Made by a program: the position numbers and the translations under genes. The notes under the pieces are model-generated. The model ran no database searches. It saw only the letters and a program-made list of their open reading frames with translations, and was not told the origin of the DNA. From the NCBI GenBank assembly GCA_965227275.1, contig CBDDFU010000001.1, forward strand, positions 3,378,764-3,442,763: a stretch of 64,000 nucleotides of DNA, written 5' to 3'. How positions within the stretch are numbered: position 1 is the stretch's first letter; each line of letters opens with the position of its first letter. Positions 27,201 to 36,412 of the stretch are shown one piece after another. Source of the DNA: Pirellulales bacterium. Lineage in GTDB: Bacteria; Planctomycetota; Planctomycetia; Pirellulales; JAEUIK01.

Positions 27201-28718
27201 ATGACGCTGCGTGACTATACGTTTATTGGCACCACGGAAAGTCTCTGTCCCGAGTGCTTGTCGCTTGTTCCCGCGAAAGTCATCACCCGGGGAAAGCGTG
27301 TTTACTTTCGCAAGCGCTGTCCGACGCACGGCGTTCGGGAAGATTTCGTCTGCTCCGACGTAGCCCATTACAACCGCCACGAGTTCAGCGTGCCGGGTCG
27401 CAAGTCGGAAGTGTATGGAACCGAGCCGAAGAAAGGTTGCCCCTTCGATTGCGGGTTGTGCACCGAACACGAGCAGCATACCTGTGTGGGGCTTGTCGAG
27501 CTGACGAGTTCGTGCAACCTGAGTTGCCCGATGTGCTACGCCTCCAGCGGGCCCGGGGGGGAACATCTCAGCTTCGAGCAGTGCACGGCGGCCATCGATC
27601 GTTTGGTGGAGGCCGAGGGTCGTGCGGAAGTCTTGCAGCTATCCGGAGGCGAACCAACCTTGCACCCGCAGTTTGCGGAGGTGTTCGAGTACGCATGTCG
27701 TCAGCCCATCGACATCGTGATGATCAATACCAACGGCATTCGGCTAGCCAATGATTCGGCCCTGCTCGATTTGCTGGCCGCGCAGCGACATCGCATCGAG
27801 ATCTACTTCCAGTTCGATGGCTTTCGTGAAACGACCAGCCGACAATTGCGTGGCGAATCGCTCGTCGACACGAAACTTCGGGCCATCGAAAAACTGGGAG
27901 AGCGTCGACTAAGAACCACCCTGGTCACAACGTTGCAGGGCGATCTCAACCTGGACGAGGTGGGTGCGATTACGCAATTTGCCCTCGAACGACCCTGGAT
28001 CACCGGGGTGAGTTTCCAGCCGGCAACCTATTCGGGACGTTGGGTTACGCCCGAAAGCCTGGAACAACGGGTCACTTTTCCCGACGTGATCGAGGCCCTC
28101 GTTCAGCAATGCGGCGGCTTGTTCGAGCCGGCCGATTTTATGCCAGTGCCGTGTGCGCATCCCAACTGCCATACGTTGAGTTACGTGTATCGCGGTACGG
28201 AACAACCCACGCCAGTCTCGCGATTCATCAACGCTGCCGAGCACCTCGACCTGCTGGCCAACGGAATCACGTTCAATCGAACCCGTGCCCGGGAGTTGGT
28301 TGAAACGTACTTGGGTCGTCAGGGATGCTGTGCTGGGGGAAGTTGCCTTCCAGAGCAGTCCCAATCCGCCGATACGGTGCTGCCGGTGATCACGACGGCG
28401 AACCCCGCCAGCGGAACGCTGGATCGTCAGTCGGAGGAGTTCTTCAGCCGTGCGTTGGCCGAACAACTCGATCCCGAGGACGTGTTTCGAGTCACGATTA
28501 CTTCATTTCTCGACGCCTACAACTTCGATGTCCAGCGTGTGATGAAATGCTGCATTCATCATGTATTGCCCAGCGGTCATATCATTCCGTTTTGTGCCTA
28601 CAACGTGTTGTATCGCGAAGGTCACGTCCCGTTACCCCCGTTGCAACAAGAATTGGGCCAGGCGAATGGTCGGCCGTTGGGGGACCGTAAGCCACTACTG
28701 ACCGCGGGCAACGAGTGA
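27201..28718 (+). CDS. Radical SAM enzyme with multiple Cys clusters, Tes / GDGT-MAS (MJ0619)-like architecture
   Basis: 505 aa from ATG 27201. N-terminal CPEC...CPTH rubredoxin-like site, GCPFDCGLCTEHEQHTC, canonical CNLSCPMC (CX3CX2C), SGGEPTL. C-terminal Cys/His cluster CAHPNCH ... CCIHHVLPSGHIIPFCAYN. Confidence 0.85.
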   Translation: MTLRDYTFIGTTESLCPECLSLVPAKVITRGKRVYFRKRCPTHGVREDFVCSDVAHYNRHEFSVPGRKSEVYGTEPKKGCPFDCGLCTEHEQHTCVGLVELTSSCNLSCPMCYASSGPGGEHLSFEQCTAAIDRLVEAEGRAEVLQLSGGEPTLHPQFAEVFEYACRQPIDIVMINTNGIRLANDSALLDLLAAQRHRIEIYFQFDGFRETTSRQLRGESLVDTKLRAIEKLGERRLRTTLVTTLQGDLNLDEVGAITQFALERPWITGVSFQPATYSGRWVTPESLEQRVTFPDVIEALVQQCGGLFEPADFMPVPCAHPNCHTLSYVYRGTEQPTPVSRFINAAEHLDLLANGITFNRTRARELVETYLGRQGCCAGGSCLPEQSQSADTVLPVITTANPASGTLDRQSEEFFSRALAEQLDPEDVFRVTITSFLDAYNFDVQRVMKCCIHHVLPSGHIIPFCAYNVLYREGHVPLPPLQQELGQANGRPLGDRKPLLTAGNE

Positions 28719-29440
28719 TGATCGAAGTGAATTGGCAATATGCGGGCGTGATGTTGCTGGCGATGATCGTCGGCATCACCATCAGCCGCTGGACGCAACA
28801 GCCGCTGGGGCTCTCCGTAACCGAGCGAATCGGCATCGCCCTGGGGGCCTTTTGCGGAGCCATGATCGGAGCCAAGCTGCCGTTTGCCTTGGCGAACTGG
28901 CAGGACTTTCTTGAAGGTGGGCTGTGGTACGCTTCCGGGAAGACCATCGTATTGGGGTTAGTCGGCGGGTACCTGGGTGTGGAAGTTACCAAGTGGTCGC
29001 TCGATATCCACGTGAAGACTGGCGATAGTTTCGTAGTCCCTGTGGCCGCGGCCATTGCCGTTGGGCGTCTTGGCTGTTTCGTGGGCGGTTGTTGCTATGG
29101 CACGCCGACCTCGCTGCCCTGGGGAATTGCCTTCGCCGACGGGATCGCCCGCCACCCCACGCAACTTTACGAGGCAATGTTTCATGCCACCGCTGCCATG
29201 GTTCTGTACGTGATGTGGCGGAGAAAGATGTTCCCGGGTCAGCTCATCAAGCTCTATATCCTGGCGTATCTGGTCTATCGCTTTGCCACCGAATGGATTC
29301 GCCCCGAGCCGCACATGTGGTTCGGCCTTACCGGCTATCAGTGGGCAGCCGCTGTTTGCATTCCCGTCTTCGTGTGGTTGTGGATCCGCGACGCCAAAGC
29401 CATGGCACCAGCACATTGGGAAGTCACGAGCAGCATGTGA
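28715..29440 (+). CDS. Lgt (prolipoprotein diacylglyceryl transferase) family protein, non-canonical subfamily
   Basis: 241-aa polytopic ORF. GRLGCFVGGCCYGTPTSLPWGIAF and RHPTQLYEA align with the Lgt signature region. The start (GTG 28715 / ATG 28718) overlaps the radical SAM stop codon (28716-28718). Confidence 0.8.
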   Translation: MMIEVNWQYAGVMLLAMIVGITISRWTQQPLGLSVTERIGIALGAFCGAMIGAKLPFALANWQDFLEGGLWYASGKTIVLGLVGGYLGVEVTKWSLDIHVKTGDSFVVPVAAAIAVGRLGCFVGGCCYGTPTSLPWGIAFADGIARHPTQLYEAMFHATAAMVLYVMWRRKMFPGQLIKLYILAYLVYRFATEWIRPEPHMWFGLTGYQWAAAVCIPVFVWLWIRDAKAMAPAHWEVTSSM

Positions 29441-29535
29441 AACTCTTCCGGTCGTACGGCTTGAGAACCCGCGCGGAGATGCCGGAAAACATGTAGCTGC
29501 CGATGAGCGTTCGACTACCCGCAACAGCGGGGCGC

Positions 29536-29566
29536 AAAAAAAGACGGGCTGGAGATCCTCCAGCCC
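29536..29566 (-). terminator. Rho-independent terminator (minus strand)
   Basis: Perfect 9-bp stem GGGCTGGAG-(3-nt loop)-CTCCAGCCC at 29546-29566. On the minus strand it is followed by GTC and T7 (A-run 29536-29542 on the plus strand). Confidence 0.6.
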
Positions 29567-29757
29567 GATATGCGGTTTCGCCGGAGGTCCTCCGACACCA
29601 AGTATTCTGACACAAAATTAACGCAGGTCAAGCCGCGGATCGGCCAGATCGCCGGGAGCGGGCATTCGGAGCTCAATATGGCTAATACGACCGTCCAAGT
29701 CCCAAAAACACGGCATTCTTTCAAGTAAAGCCGTAACGAATTCGCCGGTCGTGCGCC

Positions 29758-29946
29758 CTATGGCTGTGGAATTTCAAGAGATCGCGGCCTTTTGGCCACT
29801 TTGGGGTCGGCCTGCTCATTGGAGTGCAACAGCCAGTAAAACAGGGGGAATACGATGATCGTAAACACCCTGAAAGAGCACAGCCCGAAGATAATGGCCC
29901 AGAGGTGGCTACGACACAGCATGCAAGAAGCATTCGTGGCCGTCAT
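29758..29946 (-). CDS. Possible small membrane protein (62 aa)
   Basis: ATG 63 nt downstream of the M50 protease stop. Hydrophobic core HLWAIIFGLCSFRVFTIIVFPLFYWLL and GC-rich third codon positions. It lies upstream of the terminator at 29536-29566. No homolog recognised. Confidence 0.25.
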   Translation of the reverse strand: MTATNASCMLCRSHLWAIIFGLCSFRVFTIIVFPLFYWLLHSNEQADPKVAKRPRSLEIPQP

Positions 29947-30009
29947 TCAGTGCCAAGTTGCTAAAGCTTGGATTGATTGCACGCGCCAACGCGCGACCGT
30001 GAGGTGACT

Positions 30010-31155
30010 TCAAGCTGGAGGACGAGAGCTTGGAACGATGATGGGTTTCTGACCGGCCAGAGTGATTCGCTGCCGAAGGGCACGGTCGACCATTAGAAAC
30101 TCGCCGAGATTTTCGGTGGTAAGCATACCCACGATCTGACCATCTTTTACCACCGGCAGTGTTCGACCCGGGGCGGATTGAAGTCGCGGAATGACCGGCT
30201 CCAACATCTCGGACGCATCCGCGGTCTTGATATCGGTCCGCATCACCGTGGCGACTCGGGCGTATTGTCCCTGCTCGGCCAGGGCCTTCACTATGTCGGC
30301 CCGCGTGAGAACGCCCACGAATTTTCCCTCATCGATGACCGGGAAATCGTGTTGAAACCCTGCCAACACAAAATTGACGGCGCGACTTAGTTCGTCATCC
30401 GGCGCGAGTACTTGGAAGTCGGTCACCATCACGCGGCTCACGGGTATCCCGGAGACTGCCGAACGGATCCGAACCGAGGAAGCTTCCTGGGCGGCCCCCA
30501 TCCAAACGAACAACGCAATGAAGACGAGGAAGGGATTAAACCAGATCAGCCCCATCAACCCGAACAGCACGGCCATGGCTTGCCCGACATTCGCGGCGAT
30601 GTTTGTTGCTCGTACGTAGTCCAGTTTCGATGCCAGTACGGCTCGCAACACGCGACCGCCGTCCATGGGGAATGCCGGCAGCATATTGAACAGCACCAGC
30701 ATCACATTGATCGAGATGAGCTGAAACAGGAACATCGCCACCGAGCTGTCGAGAATATTCCATTGCATGGAATACGACAGGACCGCCAATCCGATTAGTG
30801 CAATCGAGAGTAGAACGGCCAACACCACGTTTACGGCAGGGCCTGCCACGGCGATAAGGAATTCCTGCCACGGTTGCCTTGGCATGCGTTCCAAGCGGGC
30901 CACGCCGCCAAACAACAGGAGCGTGATGTCCTGGGTGCGTATGCCGAATCGCCTCGCGGTGAGCGCATGGCCCAACTCGTGCAAGACAATGATCCCAAAC
31001 AGGACCAAAATCAATGCCACGAGTTGCAGCACGCCACCGACGCTCTTCTGGTCGGCAAAGCCAAGCATCACGACCAGGGCGATGAGTACAAGGAACGAGA
31101 CATTGACATAGATGCCAATGCCCGAGATCGTGCCGATCTTCCAAGACCATCGCAT
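30010..31155 (-). CDS. Site-2 protease family (peptidase M50) with tandem CBS domains
   Basis: 381-aa ORF. HELGHALTARRFG (HExxH), NMLPAFPMDGGRVL (NxxPxxxxDG), multiple TM helices, and a C-terminal CBS pair (VMVTDFQVL..., VMRTDIKTA...). Confidence 0.85.
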   Translation of the reverse strand: MRWSWKIGTISGIGIYVNVSFLVLIALVVMLGFADQKSVGGVLQLVALILVLFGIIVLHELGHALTARRFGIRTQDITLLLFGGVARLERMPRQPWQEFLIAVAGPAVNVVLAVLLSIALIGLAVLSYSMQWNILDSSVAMFLFQLISINVMLVLFNMLPAFPMDGGRVLRAVLASKLDYVRATNIAANVGQAMAVLFGLMGLIWFNPFLVFIALFVWMGAAQEASSVRIRSAVSGIPVSRVMVTDFQVLAPDDELSRAVNFVLAGFQHDFPVIDEGKFVGVLTRADIVKALAEQGQYARVATVMRTDIKTADASEMLEPVIPRLQSAPGRTLPVVKDGQIVGMLTTENLGEFLMVDRALRQRITLAGQKPIIVPSSRPPA

Positions 31156-31370
31156 GCAGGCGATTCCTCACAACTCTCGAGAGATTTCAGTTTTTCGGCC
31201 CGCGGTAGGATTCCGGCAGGCAGAGATCGGGGCGTGACGACACACTAATGCATCGCGGCTCCCTGATGAAGCCTCGGCCCGGATCGTCCGTCCCCGTATT
31301 ATTTACGGGGTGCATTGCAGCGGACAGGGGGGGTGAAGCGAGGGAAGAGTCAATCGGCCGGATTTAGGAG

Positions 31371-32003
31371 CTATACCAGCCTGTTTCGCACGGCCCACAC
31401 AGCGGCCTGCGTTCGGTCGGACACGCCGATTTTCCGCAGCATATTCTGTACATGCTCTTTCACCGTTTCGTAGCTGATCCCCATTGTTTCGGCAATTTGC
31501 CGATTCGTCTGGCCTGTGGTGATCAGCTTCAGCACTTCGGCTTCTCGTTGGGTTAGCGGGACCTCACTCTCTACGCCCAGCCTTGGTGCTGCCAACGCAC
31601 CGGTGACCCGACGTAATTCGTCTCGGGTCCACAGCGTTTCACCCTTGTGGGCTCGGCGAATGGCCTCGATTATTTCTGCGCGAGGTGTGTCTTTGAGCAG
31701 ATAGCCGCTGGCCCCCAACGCGACAGCCCGCGCGACGTATGTGGGATTGTCGTAGTTGGAGAGCATCAGGATCGGCAAATTCGGAAAGTCCAACTTGATG
31801 CGTCCCAGTGCGGTCAGTCCATCGCCGCCTGGCATACGTACATCGAGCAAGACCACATCGGGGGTCAGTTTCTGGGTGAGTTCGACAGCCTCCCCGCCCG
31901 TGGCCGCGAGCGCGACGATTTCGATGTCTGGCTCGCTGAGCAGACGCACAATCCCAATTCGGACGACGTCATGATCGTCCGCGACGAGCAATCGAATACT
32001 CAC
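31371..32003 (-). CDS. NarL/FixJ-family response regulator (REC + LuxR-type HTH)
   Basis: IRLLVADDHDVVRIGI, VLLDVRMPGGDG, and C-terminal LTQREAEVLKLITTGQTNRQIAETMGISYETVKEHVQNMLRKIGV. GTG 32003 gives a typical N-terminus; the ORF-track TTG at 32027 is the alternative. Confidence 0.85.
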   Translation of the reverse strand: MSIRLLVADDHDVVRIGIVRLLSEPDIEIVALAATGGEAVELTQKLTPDVVLLDVRMPGGDGLTALGRIKLDFPNLPILMLSNYDNPTYVARAVALGASGYLLKDTPRAEIIEAIRRAHKGETLWTRDELRRVTGALAAPRLGVESEVPLTQREAEVLKLITTGQTNRQIAETMGISYETVKEHVQNMLRKIGVSDRTQAAVWAVRNRLV

Positions 32004-32911
32004 CTCGATGAAACCCTCACACGTCAAGCAGCTCTAGAATGGCGGCTACACGTCACTTTCTTTTCAACACGACAAGGTGCAACGCCTGCCAATGCCAGCA
32101 GCCTTCCAAAGCCCCCTAACGCCTAGAATTAGAAACGTACGACCCCACGGCTTCGTTGCTTAAAGCGGCAGTCAAGCTGGCCACTCGTATTGGACTAACG
32201 CTGAAGCTGCAAGTTGGAACTCATGTGGGCCCCGCCGCACGCGAGGAGACTCTCCGTGCAGCGTCTGGCGATCCGATGGGTTGATCGCAATAAAACTCGC
32301 CTATCGTTTTTCGGTCTGAAATTTCCCGACTGGCCTTCGCGAATGGGGCAGAAGAATGGTGATGTGAAAACAGAATTCAGCGAATACCAAGTCGTGACTT
32401 TTATGATCCACGTTCAGTGATGGCGACCCAAACTAGCCGGCGCCGCTGCACAGTAGTATACATGCTAACCCCCATCTTTGACTATTTTGCAGCGCCTTCG
32501 ATTAGGGTCTCTTCAGGTGCCCGAATTAAAACCGATGTTTGACCTGGATGAAAGGCATATTGAGGAAATTTGCTTGCATAAGATCCATCAGTTGCTTTGC
32601 CTAGGGGGCGAAACCCGGCCAATCCGGCGAGAAAGGCCCGATTTTTGGTGATTTTGAGCGCTCGGGATGTTGTCGCTTCATGAATCACCAACAGCCCGGA
32701 GTCAAGAAACCGAGCAACTGGCCTATCAATTTAACCGCATTGGGGGCTTTGGGATTTCGCCATCCATGCATGCCCGACGTGGCCTTCATCGGAACTTCAT
32801 AGTTCCTCCCCGGGCCAGCCCTCGAGATTCGGAGCCATGCGAATGGGTAGGCAGCCAGCTAAACCGGTTGCTGTCACAGAGTACTTCGGGGCCGGTTCCG
32901 CCAACTCGTAA

Positions 32912-34729
32912 TCAACGAATGCGGCGGAACTTTTTGAAGTTGGGGTAGAACGGGACGCGGATCCCAAGCCCCGGCAACTCGAAGTTCCAAGGCGTCTCCC
33001 AAGTATGCGGCCAGTACACGAACAAGGCCTTGCCGATCAGCAACGACTCGTGCACAAGATGATCGTCGGGAAGTCGTGCCTCGGCATTGAAACTTCCCCA
33101 CAGGCGGCTATCCATACTGCCAGGGCTGTTGTCGCCCAGGGCGACGTAATGATCGGGCAGCACCTCCAACTCAATCTCTCTCATATCATCGAAGATCGCC
33201 CAATAGCGAGGGTCGGACATGATCTTGCTAATGCCTTCCTCGCTAAGACTCTTGTAGATCGGCGAGTTGTCCGGATAGTCGGCCAGTACCGGTTCGGGGC
33301 GCTGAACGTAAACTTCGAGGGCCTCCCGCGTGGCAATGTAGTACACGTCACGTAGCACCCGTAGTTCGCTTACGCTTACTTTGGCGTCAGAAGAGCCGAT
33401 TCGTACCGGAGCGAGATCCGCCGGCATCGGGCGAAGGTTATCCAACGGTCCATAGGTTGTGGGAGTATCGAACTCAATGGGTGTACCGTCGACCCAGAGA
33501 TAAAGACAATCGTTCACGTTCGCAAACCGCACTTCGTAGGTGCCCGGTCCGTCGATCGGAACCGTTGCCTTGGGGGCGAAGTCGGCCAGTTGATCGATGG
33601 AAAGCGTTGCCGTTTTGCTGCCAATATCGATCTTGCACTGGAACATTCGCCCGCCTTCGATCAGCACGTAGCTGATTTGGCCCTGGTCACTTTCAACTTT
33701 CAGCCTGCTTTCGACTGCCAAATCGCCAACCCAATGCAATCCCAGGCACTGTGCCTCGGGACCTACGAGCGGACCGGGGGGATGGCTGACACCCGTGTTG
33801 TACGCATAGAAATCGGTCACAAGCTGGGGAGGGGGGATGTCGCCCGGTTGCAATGTCCCTTGCTCGATCTTCCGCCACGTGTCGAACGACGGGAGGATGT
33901 GACGGTACGAAATCCACGACGTTTCTGACGTGGGCGTACGAATCTGAAACGTACGACCTCGATCTTCGCTGGTCCACGCGTTTCCATCTTGCATCACCTC
34001 ACCATCGGCATTGGTCGCTTGCCATCGCGAGGGCCAACCCGCGTCGAGCAATGCATCGGTGGTGTAGTCGTTGTCGTACACATTCTGCAGCGTTGCGACC
34101 ACCTTGTGGGGTTCTTTGCGTGCGATTTCGAACGTTTCGCTATCGGGCGACTTCACATAGACGTTGCCATGATGAATCTTCAGCGTCTCACCGGGCATAC
34201 CAACGAGTCGCTTGATGTAGTTGGTTTGCGCACCGTGCGGGTACTTGAATACCGCCACGTCCCACCGCTTGGGAGGATCGATTCCGTACAAGTACTTCGC
34301 AACCTGCAGACGATCTCCCGAGTAGTCGAGGTACTTCCGCCCCTGTGGGTTGTTCTCTCGAATGTCGGCCCGATAACGACACATGGGGCAGGTGGTCGAT
34401 TCGGCCTCGTATTCATACCGCCGTTGACCGGTGGTCTGGTCGACCCCCTTGCTCACACCAACCTGATACAGAAAGCCACACTCCGGACAGTTCAGATCCT
34501 TATGCAGACCCACCAGCGTGGGGCCCATCGACCCGGTGGGAATGACATACCCTTCGGCCTGAAACGTTCGGAACAGGAACGCCAGGATGAAGGCGATCAC
34601 GATCGACTCGATGGTCTCTCGCATCGCCCGATCGCTGTGAGGGGGCTTCGACGACGTTTCCGTCTTGGTCTCGGGCTTCGCTGAAGCCGCGGCTCGTGTT
34701 TGGCGGCTGGGTGTATTTTTTCGGGCCAT
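32912..34729 (-). CDS. lepB: Signal peptidase I (S26), unusually large
   Basis: 605-aa ORF. TM anchor, then IPTGSMGPTLVG (Ser box), VAVFKYP, YIKRLVGMPGETL (Lys box) and GDNSPGSMDSRLWG. A CPEC...CPMC insertion and about 350 aa lie between the Lys box and the last box. Confidence 0.8.
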   Translation of the reverse strand: MARKNTPSRQTRAAASAKPETKTETSSKPPHSDRAMRETIESIVIAFILAFLFRTFQAEGYVIPTGSMGPTLVGLHKDLNCPECGFLYQVGVSKGVDQTTGQRRYEYEAESTTCPMCRYRADIRENNPQGRKYLDYSGDRLQVAKYLYGIDPPKRWDVAVFKYPHGAQTNYIKRLVGMPGETLKIHHGNVYVKSPDSETFEIARKEPHKVVATLQNVYDNDYTTDALLDAGWPSRWQATNADGEVMQDGNAWTSEDRGRTFQIRTPTSETSWISYRHILPSFDTWRKIEQGTLQPGDIPPPQLVTDFYAYNTGVSHPPGPLVGPEAQCLGLHWVGDLAVESRLKVESDQGQISYVLIEGGRMFQCKIDIGSKTATLSIDQLADFAPKATVPIDGPGTYEVRFANVNDCLYLWVDGTPIEFDTPTTYGPLDNLRPMPADLAPVRIGSSDAKVSVSELRVLRDVYYIATREALEVYVQRPEPVLADYPDNSPIYKSLSEEGISKIMSDPRYWAIFDDMREIELEVLPDHYVALGDNSPGSMDSRLWGSFNAEARLPDDHLVHESLLIGKALFVYWPHTWETPWNFELPGLGIRVPFYPNFKKFRRIR

Positions 34730-35453
34730 GGGTTCCGGCTCGTGAAAAACTCGATTTGTGATGCATCAATCCATTGCAGTGGTCGCGTCGACGGAATGCT
34801 ATTCGCCGCGAATCCGAATTCCTTAGGCTGGGCCGAGACCCCGACGCACCCTGGCCCCCGCAGCTCCCCGCCGCCAACTCGTAAGCGAAGCATTCAACCA
34901 GGGTTATATCAAGAACGATTTCATCATACAGCGCCACAAACAACCCGGTTCGCAGCAGAAATCTCAAGGGCAGGGGGGCCGGTCACTCTCTGCCTGCCTT
35001 TCTACGCATCCGCAAGCCAGATCGTTCCCGTAGGAAAGCTCCGTATGGTTCGCTCTGTGGACCGATCATGAACGTACCAGCCTATTCCCCAGCTTCTTTC
35101 ACCCAATCTACGGTTGTTGGTTCGCGACCACCTCCTCCCCAGTTCCTCGGATAAACGCCTGCCCGGACCCAACGATAAAATGAGGAGTGCGGCCCGTCGA
35201 CCGTACAGGTTACCTAACGGTGTTTGTCAGGATTCGAGTGGATGCAATCGAAATGGACAAAGAGGGACCGTCGATCGTTAGCGCACAGAGAATTGACCCC
35301 GAAGCCATTGTTCCTCCTTGGCTCGGGCCGGATTTCATGGATTCAAAAACTAGGCTTTGGTGGGACACCACCACGCCTGCTGAGTGTTCAGGAAAGATTC
35401 CAAAGTACCATGGCACCTACGGCCCCAACGGCAATTGGTTGAGGACCGACTAG

Positions 35454-36362
35454 ATGAACTCGAAAGAACTCACTTCACGTTGGCAGCGAGGAATCGGAGC
35501 TTCCGCAAACACGGCCATCGTGAGAGGCCTTCAGAAGCAGGAATCAATTGACGACCTGGCGCCGTTTGAGAAGATCGATAATCGTGCCGATTTCCGTGGA
35601 TGGTCAGCCGGGGCATTGCGGGGCATCAAGGGGGCAGAACTGGTCTGCATGGACTTCAGTTACTGCGACTTGTCAGGGGTGAGGATGACGGGTTGCAGTA
35701 TCAAGGATGTCGAGTTCGTCAAGTCAAAGTTCAAGGACTTTGTGGATGAAAGGAACCGATACGAAGGATGCTACTTCCAAGGAACTTCATTTCGGGGATC
35801 GCATTTTGGGGTGCGACGCACCGAGTTTACGCACTGCAGATTTGAACGCTGTGACTTCTCGAAGCTGCGTTTCGGGGCGGTCGAGTTCAATCAGTGCGTG
35901 TTTGACACCTGCAGTCTGAAGGGGGTCGACTTTGGCGCCTCATCGTTTGCAGAAGTAGACTTCATCGGCAAGCTCGAGGATGTCTGGTTTCGCGGACGTG
36001 ATCCGTTCTTGGAGTTTACTGAAGGTCCTGACGCACAACCACGCACGAACGAAATGGCAAACGTATCCTTTGCACAAGCAGAGTTATGGGACCTTACCTT
36101 TAGTGACAATTGCCCTCTATCCACAGTCACTCTCCCTGGAGATGGAGAGCATTATCTGTTTGACCGTTGGCAAGAGCGACTTCAGGCGGCGCTGCGGACG
36201 ATCGAAGCATGGGATAATAGTCGCGCTACTAGCTATGTGGCTGCTTTCTTACCTCACGCAAAGAGCCAGTCAGCGTATATTCTTAACCGCAACGAAGCGA
36301 TTGCCGACCTAGGTGATGAAGTTGGTCGGAAAGTGTTTGCCACGCTTAAGTCTTCCTTGTAG
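35454..36362 (+). CDS. Pentapeptide-repeat protein
   Basis: 302-aa ORF. Long run of 5-residue periodicity with central F/L (CYFQG TSFRG SHFGV RRTEF THCRF ERCDF SKLRF GAVEF NQCVF DTCSL KGVDF GASSF AEVDF). Confidence 0.7.
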   Translation: MNSKELTSRWQRGIGASANTAIVRGLQKQESIDDLAPFEKIDNRADFRGWSAGALRGIKGAELVCMDFSYCDLSGVRMTGCSIKDVEFVKSKFKDFVDERNRYEGCYFQGTSFRGSHFGVRRTEFTHCRFERCDFSKLRFGAVEFNQCVFDTCSLKGVDFGASSFAEVDFIGKLEDVWFRGRDPFLEFTEGPDAQPRTNEMANVSFAQAELWDLTFSDNCPLSTVTLPGDGEHYLFDRWQERLQAALRTIEAWDNSRATSYVAAFLPHAKSQSAYILNRNEAIADLGDEVGRKVFATLKSSL

Positions 36363-36412
36363 TTGTGCTACAAGGCGAATCGCTACTTGACTAGACTCTT
36401 GCGAATTCCCCG

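Noticed and set aside
31292-31310. Perfect hairpin CCCCGTA-TTATT-TACGGGG between the response regulator and the M50 protease genes.
   Set aside because: There is no U-tract on either strand, so it is not a convincing intrinsic terminator. It could be an operator or RNA element, but a single 7-bp stem is weak evidence.
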